A DNA stretch of 64,000 nt from Candidatus Nomurabacteria bacterium RIFCSPHIGHO2_12_FULL_42_19 (GCA_001786955.1 MFUM01000009.1:552-64551), one strand, 5' to 3'; shown: positions 1 to 9,520, counted from the stretch's first letter. The notes: generated by a model from the letters alone, not told the origin. Made by a program: numbers and translations.

Positions 1-77
1 TTGGTTAAAAGCGCAGAAGCAAAAATTATTACGCAAAAAAGAATTACTCTGGATCTGAAGAGAAAACTATATTTCAT
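1..77 (-). CDS. 5' end of probable penicillin-binding protein (FtsI), runs off window
   Basis: ATG at 77 gives MKYSFLFRSRVILFCVIIFASALLT (N-terminal TM anchor); position after mraZ-rsmH-ftsL-like fits the dcw order. Confidence 0.55.
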   Translation of the reverse strand, partial: MKYSFLFRSRVILFCVIIFASALLT

Positions 78-423
78 TGTTAGCAAGCTTAAGGCTGCCA
101 AGAGACTTGCGGACCGCAAAAGTTGCCTTAGTTTCTTTGAATCCCATAGAGGACGAGAGAGCCAGATCAATGCTATCAAGAGAAGACAAATAAGAAAGTT
201 CCAGATTTCCGACTTCGGCGGAAAGGGCAAGCACCTCTTTTTCCAAAGCCTTTCTCTGGATAATATCAAAAACCATATTTCCCAAAATAAAAACATATAA
301 AAGAGCCAGCCCGCCCAAAATGGAAAACATCGCATTCAATATGATTTTTTGAACTTCAATATTATTATTCGTAATATCTACATTCCGGATACGTGTTTTT
401 AGTTGTAAAGTCATGTGTCTCAT
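67..423 (-). CDS. FtsL-like cell division protein
   Basis: 118 aa, one TM helix then coiled coil; directly downstream of rsmH. Confidence 0.6.
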   Translation of the reverse strand: MRHMTLQLKTRIRNVDITNNNIEVQKIILNAMFSILGGLALLYVFILGNMVFDIIQRKALEKEVLALSAEVGNLELSYLSSLDSIDLALSSSMGFKETKATFAVRKSLGSLKLANNEI

Positions 424-1331
424 ATTTTTTCCAAAATTCTTAATTTAGCACTACGGGCTCTTGGGTTATTTTTTAATTCTTCTTCGCTAACCAAAACCGG
501 TTTCTTGTTTATTAAAAATGCTTCTCCCCCGTCTTTTTTCTCTCTAAAAAACTTTTTCACTATCCGGTCTTCCAGGCTGTGAAAGCTTATCACCGACATC
601 CTCCCGCCCGTTTTCAATGCATCAAATCCCTTTTCAAGTCCTGTTTTTAAAACTCCCAGTTCGTCATTGACCGCTATTCGTAATGCCTGAAATGTTCTGG
701 TGGCAAAATGGATTCTTCCTCTGCGGTATCCAGCCGGCACTGCTTCTCTTATTATCTGCACTAAATCAAAAGTGCTTTTGATTTTTCTCTTGTGCCTCGC
801 GTCCACTATTCCTTTGGCTATTCTGCGGCTGTATCGCTCCTCGCCGTAGCCATAAATAATGTCTGCCAGATTTTCTTCTCCCCAGGTGTTCACGACATCA
901 TCGGCCGTGACAAAATATTCGGATGGATTCCCGCCTGCGCCGAGGCTTCGGCGGGCAGGTTCTTTCATCGTCATGAGCAAGGGCTCATCTTTCATAAAAG
1001 AAAATCCTCGTCCGGAATTCTCCAATTGGTCGGAGCTCAAACCTAAGTCAAAAATAATCCCGTCCACACTATCCATTTTTATATCCAAATCACGAAAATT
1101 TTTGTTTATAAAAACGATATCGCAACCCTTGAACTTATCCTTGGCTTTTTCAAAAACACTTTTGTCCTGGTCGAGGGCAATAATTTTTACGCTTGGACAT
1201 CTTTTACAAATCTCCAGACTGTGCCCTCCTCCGCCAAAAGTGGCATCTACTATCACAAGATTCTCATTCCCCGCCTTCTGCGGGGCAAGTAGGCCGTCTA
1301 TTGTTTCATTTAAAAGAACTGTTTTATGCAT
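420..1331 (-). CDS. rsmH: 16S rRNA m4C1402 methyltransferase RsmH
   Basis: HKTVLL, DATFGGGGHS, DLGLSSDQL, RGFSF, TRTFQALRIAVNDEL, ISFHSLEDRIVK, NPRARSAKLR. Confidence 0.97.
   Translation of the reverse strand: MHKTVLLNETIDGLLAPQKAGNENLVIVDATFGGGGHSLEICKRCPSVKIIALDQDKSVFEKAKDKFKGCDIVFINKNFRDLDIKMDSVDGIIFDLGLSSDQLENSGRGFSFMKDEPLLMTMKEPARRSLGAGGNPSEYFVTADDVVNTWGEENLADIIYGYGEERYSRRIAKGIVDARHKRKIKSTFDLVQIIREAVPAGYRRGRIHFATRTFQALRIAVNDELGVLKTGLEKGFDALKTGGRMSVISFHSLEDRIVKKFFREKKDGGEAFLINKKPVLVSEEELKNNPRARSAKLRILEKI
930..959 (-). repeat. CYTG-hairpin element, in frame in rsmH (PARRSLGAGG)
   Basis: minus strand cctg-cccgccgaagcctcggcgcaggcggg, 30 bp; removal restores MKENPSE. Confidence 0.85.
1269..1289 (-). 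repeat. CYTG-hairpin element, in frame in rsmH (LAPQKAG)
   Basis: minus strand cttg-ccccgc-agaag-gcgggg, 21 bp. Confidence 0.75.
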
Positions 1332-1761
1332 TTCCCAGTTTCTCCGCCAACTGTTCCGCTTCTTTGGCCACTTTTTCTTTTTGCTGCGACCATGCTTTTT
1401 CGTTCCAAACTTCCACTCTGTCTTTAACTCCGATAATTGCCGCTTTGTCCCGGAGCCGGATGCCTTCCTGTAGAAACTCCGGTATTAGCATTCTCCCGAT
1501 TGAATCAATCTCCACTTCGGCCGCTCGCCCGAACATATATCTGTTAAAATTTCTTTGGTCAGCCTTGAGAAAGGAAAGATCGGAATCCGAATCAGAAAGT
1601 TTTTTGCTTACCTTCGCCCATTCGGCAGTTGTAAAAATAAACAAACATTGACCCAGGCCCGGCGTAATAATAATTTTCTTGCCCATCTCTTTGCGGAATT
1701 TTACCGGCAAGGAAACTCTGTTCTTTTCGTCTATCGTATGTATGTATTCGCCGATTAACAT
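1324..1761 (-). CDS. mraZ: transcriptional regulator MraZ
   Basis: GEYIHTIDEKNRVSLP and IDSIGRMLIP repeats, IIGVKDRVEVW; upstream of rsmH. Confidence 0.96.
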   Translation of the reverse strand: MLIGEYIHTIDEKNRVSLPVKFRKEMGKKIIITPGLGQCLFIFTTAEWAKVSKKLSDSDSDLSFLKADQRNFNRYMFGRAAEVEIDSIGRMLIPEFLQEGIRLRDKAAIIGVKDRVEVWNEKAWSQQKEKVAKEAEQLAEKLGNA

Positions 1762-1773
1762 AAAATTATTTCG

Positions 1774-1826
1774 CCTGCCCCGTACTCAAAAATTTATGCA
1801 TTCGATTGATTTTTGTAGTATTGGGG
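1774..1826 (+). repeat. CYTG-hairpin element in mraZ 5' leader
   Basis: cctg-ccccgtactcaaaaat...atttttgtagtattgggg imperfect stem. Confidence 0.6.
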
Positions 1827-1837
1827 TTATTAACACT

Positions 1838-1911
1838 TTTCCCACCTTTTCCCACTTGATTAACATTATAAACCCCGCCTAAAAATAACACCAAGCCCCA
1901 CCTGTGGATAA
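1838..1911 (-). promoter_or_regulatory. mraZ promoter with MraZ boxes and a DnaA box
   Basis: GTGGG repeats 10 bp apart (cccac 1841 and 1851, another at 1897), TATAAT at 1865-1870 on minus, perfect DnaA box tgtggataa 1903-1911. Confidence 0.7.
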
Positions 1912-1996
1912 CTTTAACTTTAACTTTTGTTTTGAATATCACGAAAAATTAGGCAAAAAGGCCTTAAGGTTGTAATCTATTTTTGGAGGCAACCAT

Positions 1997-2236
1997 ATGC
2001 TGATTCGTGTATTGAAGGCCCCCGCAGAGGTACGCTCTGCGGAGGCGGCTTTCTTTAGCCGCCTGGGGATTGCAGTGTCATTCTTGGACATGACAAACTT
2101 TCCCTGGGTTATTGGGGTCAGTGAGTGGTCGGATGACCATATCCAGTTACTCGCCAAATTCGGGGTCGTCGTCGAAGTGGTGGAAACAAGGCTAAGGCCA
2201 AGACCCTGGTTGGCGGGTGTGGATTACGTCGAGTAG
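1997..2236 (+). CDS. hypothetical protein
   Basis: 79 aa ORF preceded by GGAGG; no recognisable motif. Confidence 0.4.
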   Translation: MLIRVLKAPAEVRSAEAAFFSRLGIAVSFLDMTNFPWVIGVSEWSDDHIQLLAKFGVVVEVVETRLRPRPWLAGVDYVE

Positions 2237-2247
2237 GCGATTCCCTG

Positions 2248-2281
2248 CCTGCCCCGCCGTGTGACATTTGACACGGCGGGG
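2248..2281 (+). repeat. CYTG-hairpin element, intergenic
   Basis: cctg-ccccgccgtgt-gacatttg-acacggcgggg. Confidence 0.7.
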
Positions 2282-2402
2282 CGAAGAAAGTAGTTCTTTT
2301 ATTAAAATAAGTAATCATTAAAAGCGCTCCGACGACCTCTGGTTCTCGGAGTGTTGTTATTTTTTATAGACAAAAAATAGCGATATGGTGTATACTATTT
2401 AT

Positions 2403-2573
2403 ATGGAAAGCTCATCAATGAATTCAGAAAAATCACGTTGCCAGAGTTGTGGACGCCAAGAAATAAACAAGGACGGCCGTTGTATATGCGGACATTTACA
2501 GTGGCCCGGTAAACCATTTAGAGTAATTACCATTCCTCCGAATCCCGAAAAACCAAAAGAAGATCTAAAATAA
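2403..2573 (+). CDS. small zinc-ribbon-like hypothetical protein
   Basis: RCQSCG...GRCICGH; TATACT just upstream of ATG 2403; followed by terminator hairpin. Confidence 0.5.
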   Translation: MESSSMNSEKSRCQSCGRQEINKDGRCICGHLQWPGKPFRVITIPPNPEKPKEDLK

Positions 2574-2597
2574 AAAATCCCTTCAGGGGATTTTTTA
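2571..2597. terminator. bidirectional intrinsic terminator
   Basis: taaaaaatccc-cttca-gggattttta type hairpin with A/T tails between convergent genes. Confidence 0.7.
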
Positions 2598-2598
2598 T

Positions 2599-4059
2599 TT
2601 ATTCCTGTTTCGGTCTCATCAGCGGAAAAAGCTGGGTCTCGCGGAGCGGTTTGTCCGCCAATATAGAAAATAATCTTTCTCCGAAACCAAAGCCGCAGGT
2701 TGGCGGCATACCGTATTCCAGCATTTCCACAAATTCATCGTCCTGCATCATCGCTTCAGTGTCCCCTTTTTCAATAAGTTTTTGCTGGGAGATAAATCTT
2801 TCTTCCTGGTCCAAAGGGTCGTTCAATTCCGAATATCCGTTACCAACTTCACTGCCCGCGATAAGAGGTTGAAATCTTTCCGTAGTGAGCGGATTATCAC
2901 GGTTTACTTTGGAAAGCGGGGCAATCAAAATAGGATGATGCACCAGAAAAGCGGGACCTGATATTTGTTTGCGGCAATATTTCCATAACGAGTCCGTCAA
3001 CCTTTCTCGATTGTCGCCGTCGTATTTTACGCCAAGTTTATCCAATTTCTTTTTCATATCTTTTTCGCTGGCAGTAAGCACGTCAATCCCGGTCATTTCT
3101 TTTGTTTTTTCGACATAGTCGATTTTCTCCCATTCATCCGAGAGATCAAAAGATTGCCCGTGGGAAGTAAATTTAGTCGTACCGAAAACCTCTTTGGCAA
3201 TTTTTATATACATCTCCCGGACCAGTTCCATTCCGTCATTATAATTCGCATAAGCCCAATAGAATTCCATATTGGTAAACTCCTGGGTATGCTCCAGGCT
3301 GGTGCCTTCATTCCTGTATGCCCGCCCGATTTCAAAAGTTTTCGGAAAACCGGCAGCCATCAGCCGCTTCTGCCACAGCTCGCCGATAGAGATGCGCAAA
3401 AAAACATCCAAGTCGTAATCGTTGTGATGGGTTTTGAACGGGGTCGCTTCGGCTCCGCCGGTCGTGGTTTCCAAAGTAGGAGTCTCTACTTCCAAAAATC
3501 CTTTCTCTTTCATGAAGTCCCGCGTAACATCCCAGAATTTTGATTTTTTTATTACCAAGTCGCGCAATTCGGGATTCATTAAAATATCCAAGTAGCGTTT
3601 CCTGTACCTTTCTTCCACATCCTGAAGCCCGTGCCATTTCTCCGGCAAGGGACGCAGGCTTTTGGAAAGCATTCTCCAGTCAGCCGCTTCCAGCGTCTTC
3701 TCTCCGCGGTTGGTTTTGAAAAAAGTTCCCTGTATTTCCACAAAGTCGCCAATATCAGCCACTTCGTTCCAAAAATCAAATTTCCCGTCTCCCAAAATGT
3801 CTTTTTTAAGCAATCCCTGAAAAGTCCCCGTGCCGTCATTTAAAGTGATAAAAACAATCGCGCCCTGCCCGCGAATAGACATTATCCGCCCCGCTATCCA
3901 TTTTATCTCTTTGCTTTTTTCCAAATCTTCAAAACTATCTATCGCTTCTTTGAGGGAAATTTCTCTTTTGGATTCAGCTGGATACGGATTCACTCCCTTA
4001 TCTTTAAGGAGTTTGAGTTTTTTTATTCTGGCGTTCCTAATTTCATCGATTGAAGACAT
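2599..4059 (-). CDS. lysS: lysine--tRNA ligase (class II)
   Basis: OB-fold N-terminus, LRPLPEKWHGL, FEIGRAYRNEG, YSELNDP, YGMPPTCGFGFG. Confidence 0.97.
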   Translation of the reverse strand: MSSIDEIRNARIKKLKLLKDKGVNPYPAESKREISLKEAIDSFEDLEKSKEIKWIAGRIMSIRGQGAIVFITLNDGTGTFQGLLKKDILGDGKFDFWNEVADIGDFVEIQGTFFKTNRGEKTLEAADWRMLSKSLRPLPEKWHGLQDVEERYRKRYLDILMNPELRDLVIKKSKFWDVTRDFMKEKGFLEVETPTLETTTGGAEATPFKTHHNDYDLDVFLRISIGELWQKRLMAAGFPKTFEIGRAYRNEGTSLEHTQEFTNMEFYWAYANYNDGMELVREMYIKIAKEVFGTTKFTSHGQSFDLSDEWEKIDYVEKTKEMTGIDVLTASEKDMKKKLDKLGVKYDGDNRERLTDSLWKYCRKQISGPAFLVHHPILIAPLSKVNRDNPLTTERFQPLIAGSEVGNGYSELNDPLDQEERFISQQKLIEKGDTEAMMQDDEFVEMLEYGMPPTCGFGFGERLFSILADKPLRETQLFPLMRPKQE

Positions 4060-4079
4060 TTTTAAATTGTAGCATAAAA

Positions 4080-4547
4080 CTAAGATACGTTCACGATTTT
4101 ATAATTTACTACGCCATTTGGAGTTTTAAAGGAAACTTTATCGCCTTTCTTTTTGCCGAACAATGCCTCGCCAAACGGGGACCGGTTGGAAATTTTTCCT
4201 TTTATCATATCCGCTTCCTCAGAGCCTACTATAACATAATTTTTCTCTTCTTTAGTGCCTTCTTTTTGGACGATTACTTTGGAGCCGATTTCAATCACAT
4301 CTCCCCCGCCTCCTTGGACGGTTTCTGAAGACCGTAAAATTTGCTCTATTTTGACAATGCGCGCTTCCAGCTTACCCTGGTCTTCGCGGGTTTGGTGGTA
4401 TTCCGCGTTTTCCGACAAGTCGCCCAAAGATTTGGCGTATTCCAAGGCTTCTAAAATTTCTTTTCTCTTCGGCCCCTTCAGGTCTCTGAGCTCGGCTTCC
4501 AGCATTTTTCTTTTTTCTTCAGTTATATAATCTCCCGCCTGGTTCAT
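4080..4547 (-). CDS. greA: transcription elongation factor GreA
   Basis: GDLSENAEY, ISNRSPFGEALFGKKKGD. Confidence 0.97.
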   Translation of the reverse strand: MNQAGDYITEEKRKMLEAELRDLKGPKRKEILEALEYAKSLGDLSENAEYHQTREDQGKLEARIVKIEQILRSSETVQGGGGDVIEIGSKVIVQKEGTKEEKNYVIVGSEEADMIKGKISNRSPFGEALFGKKKGDKVSFKTPNGVVNYKIVNVS

Positions 4548-4603
4548 ATACGCATATTATATTTTTTTACGAAAAAGTCAATGAAAAAAATTACAGAAAC
4601 TTG

Positions 4604-4672
4604 CCCACACACTTATATTTTGATAATTTTAAAAAACACACTTTAAGCGCAATTAAAATATAAGTGTGTGGG
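4604..4672. repeat. CCCRCAC inverted-repeat element between greA and rpsU
   Basis: gcccacacacttatatttt (4603-4621) / aaaatataagtgtgtgggc (4655-4673), CTTG on both sides. Confidence 0.8.
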
Positions 4673-4707
4673 CTTGCTAAAAAAAATTTTTATGATAATA
4701 TCATGGG

Positions 4708-4935
4708 ATGGCAAGAACGGTAATCGAGGTGAAGAAAAATCCAAATGAAAATAATTCAAGCGTTTTACGCCGTTTTTCGCGCCGGATTCAGGAATCGGGC
4801 ATTATCCGCAAAGTCAAAGGCACCCGTTATAATGTTCGGAAAGAATCAAAGCTCAAAGTGAAAAAAAGCGCTTTAAAGAGAATGGGCCGGAGAAAAGAAA
4901 TAGAAAAACTCCGTAAGCTCGGCAAGATGAAGTAA
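4708..4935 (+). CDS. rpsU: 30S ribosomal protein S21
   Basis: IEVKKNPNENNSSVLRRFSRRIQESG; highly basic 75 aa. Confidence 0.85.
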   Translation: MARTVIEVKKNPNENNSSVLRRFSRRIQESGIIRKVKGTRYNVRKESKLKVKKSALKRMGRRKEIEKLRKLGKMK

Positions 4936-4937
4936 AC

Positions 4938-5345
4938 ATGGAGGATAATTTTTCAATAATGAAAAACAACATTTTGGGGAAAAAATATTCCCTGTCAATC
5001 GCCTACGTCAGCGAAAAAACATCTAGAGAAATAAATAAGGAATATAAAAATAAAAACAAGCCCGCGAATATTTTGTCTTTTCCGCTCCGTAAAAATAAGG
5101 GCGAAATTGTGCTTTGCCCGACAGTCATAAAGCGGGAGGCTAAAAGTTTTGGAAAAACTTTTAGCCGGTATTTGGGCTTTTTAGTTATCCACGGAATGCT
5201 TCATTTGAAAGGAATGGAACATAGTAGTAGAATGGAAGAAGCGGAGAAAAAATATGATCAGAAATATTTCTGTCGGGATAGACGTAGGGTCGTCCATGAC
5301 GCGGGTCGTGGTCGGGGAGTTTTTAAAGGGAGAAAAAAATCCTAA
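4938..5345 (+). CDS. ybeY: rRNA maturation RNase YbeY
   Basis: NKEYKNKNKPANILSFP, GEIVLC, HGMLHLKGMEH. Confidence 0.9.
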   Translation: MEDNFSIMKNNILGKKYSLSIAYVSEKTSREINKEYKNKNKPANILSFPLRKNKGEIVLCPTVIKREAKSFGKTFSRYLGFLVIHGMLHLKGMEHSSRMEEAEKKYDQKYFCRDRRRVVHDAGRGRGVFKGRKKS

Positions 5346-6417
5346 GATTATCGGCGTGGGCGAAAATGCCACTCTCGGTGTCAGGCATGGTTATGTTGTA
5401 AATTCGGCTCTGGCCGCCGTTTCGGTAAAAAATGCCGTCGCTATGGCGGAAAAATTTTCGGGTGTGAAAATAAAGCGCGCTTTTGTTTCGCTGAGCGGCA
5501 CGACTTTGCGTGGAGAAATGAGTTCAGGTTCGACGATTATTTCCAAAGCCGACGGCGAGGTAACCAGCCTGGACGCCAATAAGGCGCTGCAGGATTGTGA
5601 AGACAATTTGAGCCTGGGCAATAAAAAAATCGTTCATATGTATCCCATCGCTTTCCGGCTTGACGGTAAAGAGGTATTGGGCCGGCTGGAAGGCATGCGC
5701 GGAACCAAGCTTGAGGCTAAAGCTCTTTTTGTCACATATTCTATCCAGCATCTGGAAGACCTGCTCGGGGCTATCGCGGAAGCCGGAGTGGAAACGATAG
5801 ACGTGGTTGCGGCGCCGATAGCCATTAATAATATCGCCCTGTCGGAAAAACAAAAAATAGTCGGAGTGGCGCTGGTTGACATCGGAGACCAAACGACTTC
5901 CCTTTCTGTTTTTGAAAACGGATTATTGGTATCAATCTACACTTTCTCCATCGGCTCTTCGGAAATTACCAACGACATTGCCCTTGGTTTTAAAATTTCA
6001 TTAGAAAAAGCGGAAAGCTTAAAACTTGGAAACATCGAGGAAGAATTTTCAAAGAAAAAACTTGACGAAATTATTGAAGCGCGCCTTTGCGACATTTTTG
6101 AATCAATAGAAAACAATTTAAAAAAAATAAAGAGGTCGGAGCTCTTGCCGGCCGGCATAGTTTTCGTGGGCGGCGGTTCAAACATTCCCGGTCTGGCGGA
6201 ATTGTCAAAATCCATCCTGAAACTCCCTTCCAGCCTGGGATCTACGGAAATTTTTGGCAACGCCAAAACCAAACTTCGCGATTCGTCGTGGTTTACGGCT
6301 TTGGGACTCTTGACTTCAGGCAAAGACAACGGAAGCTACTCGGGAAGCTCGCTCAAAAACTTTTTTAAGGACCTAAAAAACACAATGAAATCAAGCATGA
6401 AACAGCTAATGCCGTAG
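5254..6417 (+). CDS. ftsA: cell division protein FtsA
   Basis: GIDVGSS, LVDIGDQTT, ITNDIA, AESLK, GIVFVGGGS; upstream of ftsZ. Confidence 0.95.
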   Translation: MIRNISVGIDVGSSMTRVVVGEFLKGEKNPKIIGVGENATLGVRHGYVVNSALAAVSVKNAVAMAEKFSGVKIKRAFVSLSGTTLRGEMSSGSTIISKADGEVTSLDANKALQDCEDNLSLGNKKIVHMYPIAFRLDGKEVLGRLEGMRGTKLEAKALFVTYSIQHLEDLLGAIAEAGVETIDVVAAPIAINNIALSEKQKIVGVALVDIGDQTTSLSVFENGLLVSIYTFSIGSSEITNDIALGFKISLEKAESLKLGNIEEEFSKKKLDEIIEARLCDIFESIENNLKKIKRSELLPAGIVFVGGGSNIPGLAELSKSILKLPSSLGSTEIFGNAKTKLRDSSWFTALGLLTSGKDNGSYSGSSLKNFFKDLKNTMKSSMKQLMP

Positions 6418-6466
6418 CGGATATAATTTTTAATTTGTAATTTGCAATTTTCAAAAAAGTAAAAAG

Positions 6467-6499
6467 CCTGTCCCGTACCAAACTTGTTTTGGTTCGGGA
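6467..6499 (+). repeat. CYTG-hairpin element between ftsA and ftsZ
   Basis: cctg-tcccgtaccaaa-cttgt-tttggttcggga. Confidence 0.7.
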
Positions 6500-6577
6500 T
6501 TTGCTTTTTTTTGCCCTGGTGGTAGTATGTCTCCATATAAGTTAAGCGATTTTTTATTAAAAATAAGCACTAAAATC

Positions 6578-7765
6578 ATGCCAAAAATCAACCAGGAAAT
6601 AGAGAGTTTTGCCCGCATTATGGTCGTTGGAATCGGAGGCTCGGGAAAGAATACTATCAATCACATGATAAATTCCAAAGTCAAAGGAGTCTCTTTCATC
6701 TGCATGAATACCGACACGCAGGACCTGCACCACTCTCTGGCGGAGAAAAAAATCCACATCGGAAAAAATCTGACCAAAGGTCTGGGTTCGGGAATGGATC
6801 CGGAAATCGGCAAGAAGGCGGCTGAAGAAACAAAATCTGAAATCCAGGATGTCATCAAGGGAGGTGATATGATTTTTATTGCCTGCGGAATGGGCGGAGG
6901 CACCGGCACGGGCGCCGCTCCGATTGTCGCCCGCGCAGCCAAAGAACAAGGCATCCTGACAGTAGCGGTTACGACCAAGCCTTTTTTCTTTGAAGGCAGC
7001 CACCGGATGAAAATAGCGGAAAAAGGGATTGAAGATTTGGCCAAAGAGGTAGATGCCATAATCATCATTCCGAATGATAAATTGCTCCAATTGGCCGACA
7101 AAAACACTAATTTTAAAGATGCTTTTGCCAGATGTGACGATGTCCTGCGCCAGGCAGTAGAAGGCATTTCCGACCTGATTACCACTCCGGGTGTTATTAA
7201 TGTGGACTTTGCAGACATTAAAGCGATTATGGCAAATGCCGGCTCGGCTCTTATGGGCATCGGCAGTGCTTCAGGCGAAAAACGAGCCGAAAAGGCGGCT
7301 CTGGCAGCCATCAACTCGCCATTGCTTGAGGTTTCCATTCACGGCGCCAAGGGAGTACTTTTCGCTATTTCCGGCGGAGATGATCTGACAATTCACGAAA
7401 TTCAAGAAGCGGCAAAAATAATCACCGAGTCGATTGACAAAGACGCCAAGGTAATCTTTGGGACGATTCGCGACGAAAAATTAAAAAAAGGTGAAATAAA
7501 AGTTACCGTCATTGCTACCAGTTTCCCTGCCGACACGCCCCGCAAGAGCCTTTTTGGCGGAACCGGCGTGGGTCAGACGCTTCTCAAAGACGAGAACCCA
7601 GCGGTGGCTAAAAAAGAAATACACAATAGCATCCAGAGCGGAAACATCGGCAGCAGCGATTTCATTAAAAAAGGAGACAAGAAAGATGCCAAGGAAGAAA
7701 TCATAGAAGATGACGGCGACGACTGGAGCGCTGTTCCGGCATTTTTGAGGAGAAATAAAAAATAA
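6578..7765 (+). CDS. ftsZ: cell division protein FtsZ
   Basis: GMGGGTGTGAAP tubulin motif, INVDFAD, C-terminal VPAFLRR; start moved to MPKIN. Confidence 0.98.
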   Translation: MPKINQEIESFARIMVVGIGGSGKNTINHMINSKVKGVSFICMNTDTQDLHHSLAEKKIHIGKNLTKGLGSGMDPEIGKKAAEETKSEIQDVIKGGDMIFIACGMGGGTGTGAAPIVARAAKEQGILTVAVTTKPFFFEGSHRMKIAEKGIEDLAKEVDAIIIIPNDKLLQLADKNTNFKDAFARCDDVLRQAVEGISDLITTPGVINVDFADIKAIMANAGSALMGIGSASGEKRAEKAALAAINSPLLEVSIHGAKGVLFAISGGDDLTIHEIQEAAKIITESIDKDAKVIFGTIRDEKLKKGEIKVTVIATSFPADTPRKSLFGGTGVGQTLLKDENPAVAKKEIHNSIQSGNIGSSDFIKKGDKKDAKEEIIEDDGDDWSAVPAFLRRNKK

Positions 7766-7873
7766 TTTTTTAAAATAAACTTTTGCAGGGGTTTTGAGGC
7801 TGTCGAGCCGAAAACTTCAGGATTTTTTAAGCTTTAAAAAATCCGTACCGGAAAAAGTTAATTTTTAAAAATT
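7764..7873. repeat. dispersed structured repeat, copy 1
   Basis: core aggggttttgag-N10-cgaaaacttcaggattttttaa-N-aaaaaatccgtaccgg (7787-7851) shared with 59555-59619; AT-rich imperfect inverted arms. Confidence 0.8.
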
Positions 7874-7897
7874 TAACAAGTAGTGTAGAATATAAAG

Positions 7898-8824
7898 ATG
7901 ATTTATGAACTGATCATTATCGGGGGCGGGCCGGCCGGGGCGGCCGCTTCTGTCTACGCCGCCCGCAAAAAACTCAAGACCCTTTTTATAACATCCGAAT
8001 GGGGCGGGCAATCCGTCGTTTCCGAACAGATTTACAACTGGATTGGCACTCCTTCCCTGTCCGGAACGGAATTGGCGGAAAATTTTAAAAAGCATGTTTC
8101 GGCAAATGCCGGAGAAAGCTTGGAGATTAAAGAAGGTGAAAAAGTAATTTCGCTCACAAAGAATGCGGAAGGATTTTTAGTAAAGACGGATGGAAATAAA
8201 GAATTCGGTTCTAAAACAATTTTGATTGCCAGCGGCAGCGGACGCAGGAAACTCGTTGCCAAAAACGCGGACAAGCTTGAACACAAAGGCCTGACTTATT
8301 GCGCGTCTTGCGATGGGCCTCTTTTTGAGGGCATGGATGTTGCTGTCATCGGCGGGGGCAATGCCGGGTTTGAAACGGCCGCCCAGCTCCTGGCCTATTG
8401 CAAATCCGTCACGCTCATTAACCGAAGCGATTCTTTCCGCGCAGACCAGATAACAATAGAAAAAGTTTTAAAAAATCCGAAAATAACAGCAATTAAAAAT
8501 GTGGATATTTTGGAAGTTAGGGGCGATAGATTTGTGGAGGGGTTGATTTATGAAGATAAGGTTACCGGCGAGCAGAAAGAACTCAAAGTTTCGGGCATTT
8601 TCGTGGAAATCGGGCAAATTCCAAATACCGATTTTGCCAAAGGGCTGGTGCCCCTTGATGAAATAGGCAGGATAAAAATCGACGCCTGGTCGCAAAAAAC
8701 CGAAATTCCGGGCATCTGGGCGGCCGGAGACTGCACTAATGTCCTTTATCACCAGAACAACATCGCCGCCGGCGACGCCGTCCGCGCGCTGGAAGATATC
8801 TATCTGGCGATACATGCCCGGTAG
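7898..8824 (+). CDS. trxB: thioredoxin-disulfide reductase (TrxB/AhpF family)
   Basis: IIGGGPAG, YCASCDGP, VIGGGNAG, WAAGD. Confidence 0.88.
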   Translation: MIYELIIIGGGPAGAAASVYAARKKLKTLFITSEWGGQSVVSEQIYNWIGTPSLSGTELAENFKKHVSANAGESLEIKEGEKVISLTKNAEGFLVKTDGNKEFGSKTILIASGSGRRKLVAKNADKLEHKGLTYCASCDGPLFEGMDVAVIGGGNAGFETAAQLLAYCKSVTLINRSDSFRADQITIEKVLKNPKITAIKNVDILEVRGDRFVEGLIYEDKVTGEQKELKVSGIFVEIGQIPNTDFAKGLVPLDEIGRIKIDAWSQKTEIPGIWAAGDCTNVLYHQNNIAAGDAVRALEDIYLAIHAR

Positions 8825-8854
8825 CGGAGCGAAATCAGAGTCTTGTTGCCGGAT

Positions 8855-9520
8855 ATGCAAAATAATATGATTTCAATCATCATTCCCGTTTATAATGAAG
8901 AAAAAACTATTTTTCGCGTCCTGGAATCCGTCAAAGAAGCATTCAGGGATGTTGAATACGAGATAGTGGTTGTTGATGACGGGTCAAAAGACAATACCCC
9001 GATTATCTGCGCGGCATATAAAAATATCCAATACATACAATTGCCTCAGAATCACGGCAAGGGTTTTGCTTTGCGGACAGGATTTGCGCGCGCCCAAGGT
9101 TCATTTATCGCAATCCAAGATGCCGACTTGGAATATAATCCGTCAGTATTGCGAAAACTTTACAATCAGACGAAAGAGAACATCGTCATATATGGCAAGC
9201 GCGGCAGAAAACAGGGTTATTTATTAAATAGAATCGGCAACATATTCCTGTCATGGGTTTGTAATATTTTATACCGTTCTCGTCTCTCCGATATTTATAC
9301 CTGCTATAAAATCATTCCCGGCAAAATTTTGCGGCTGCTGAGACTTTCCGCCGACGGATTTGAGATAGAAGCGGAAATTACGGCAAAATTGCTGCGCGCG
9401 GGCGTATTGATAGTAGAGATACCCATAATTTATTCTCCGCGCACTTTTAAAGACGGCAAGCACATCCGCGCCCGCGACGGAATCAAGGGAATATGGACAT
9501 TGATAAGAAACAGATTTTAA
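8855..9520 (+). CDS. glycosyltransferase family 2 (DPM1-like)
   Basis: SIIIPVYNEE, VVDDGSKD, QDADLEY, FEIEAEIT; exact start uncertain. Confidence 0.9.
   Translation: MQNNMISIIIPVYNEEKTIFRVLESVKEAFRDVEYEIVVVDDGSKDNTPIICAAYKNIQYIQLPQNHGKGFALRTGFARAQGSFIAIQDADLEYNPSVLRKLYNQTKENIVIYGKRGRKQGYLLNRIGNIFLSWVCNILYRSRLSDIYTCYKIIPGKILRLLRLSADGFEIEAEITAKLLRAGVLIVEIPIIYSPRTFKDGKHIRARDGIKGIWTLIRNRF

Noticed and set aside
1903..1911. Replication origin
   Set aside because: Only one DnaA box, with no cluster or dnaA nearby.
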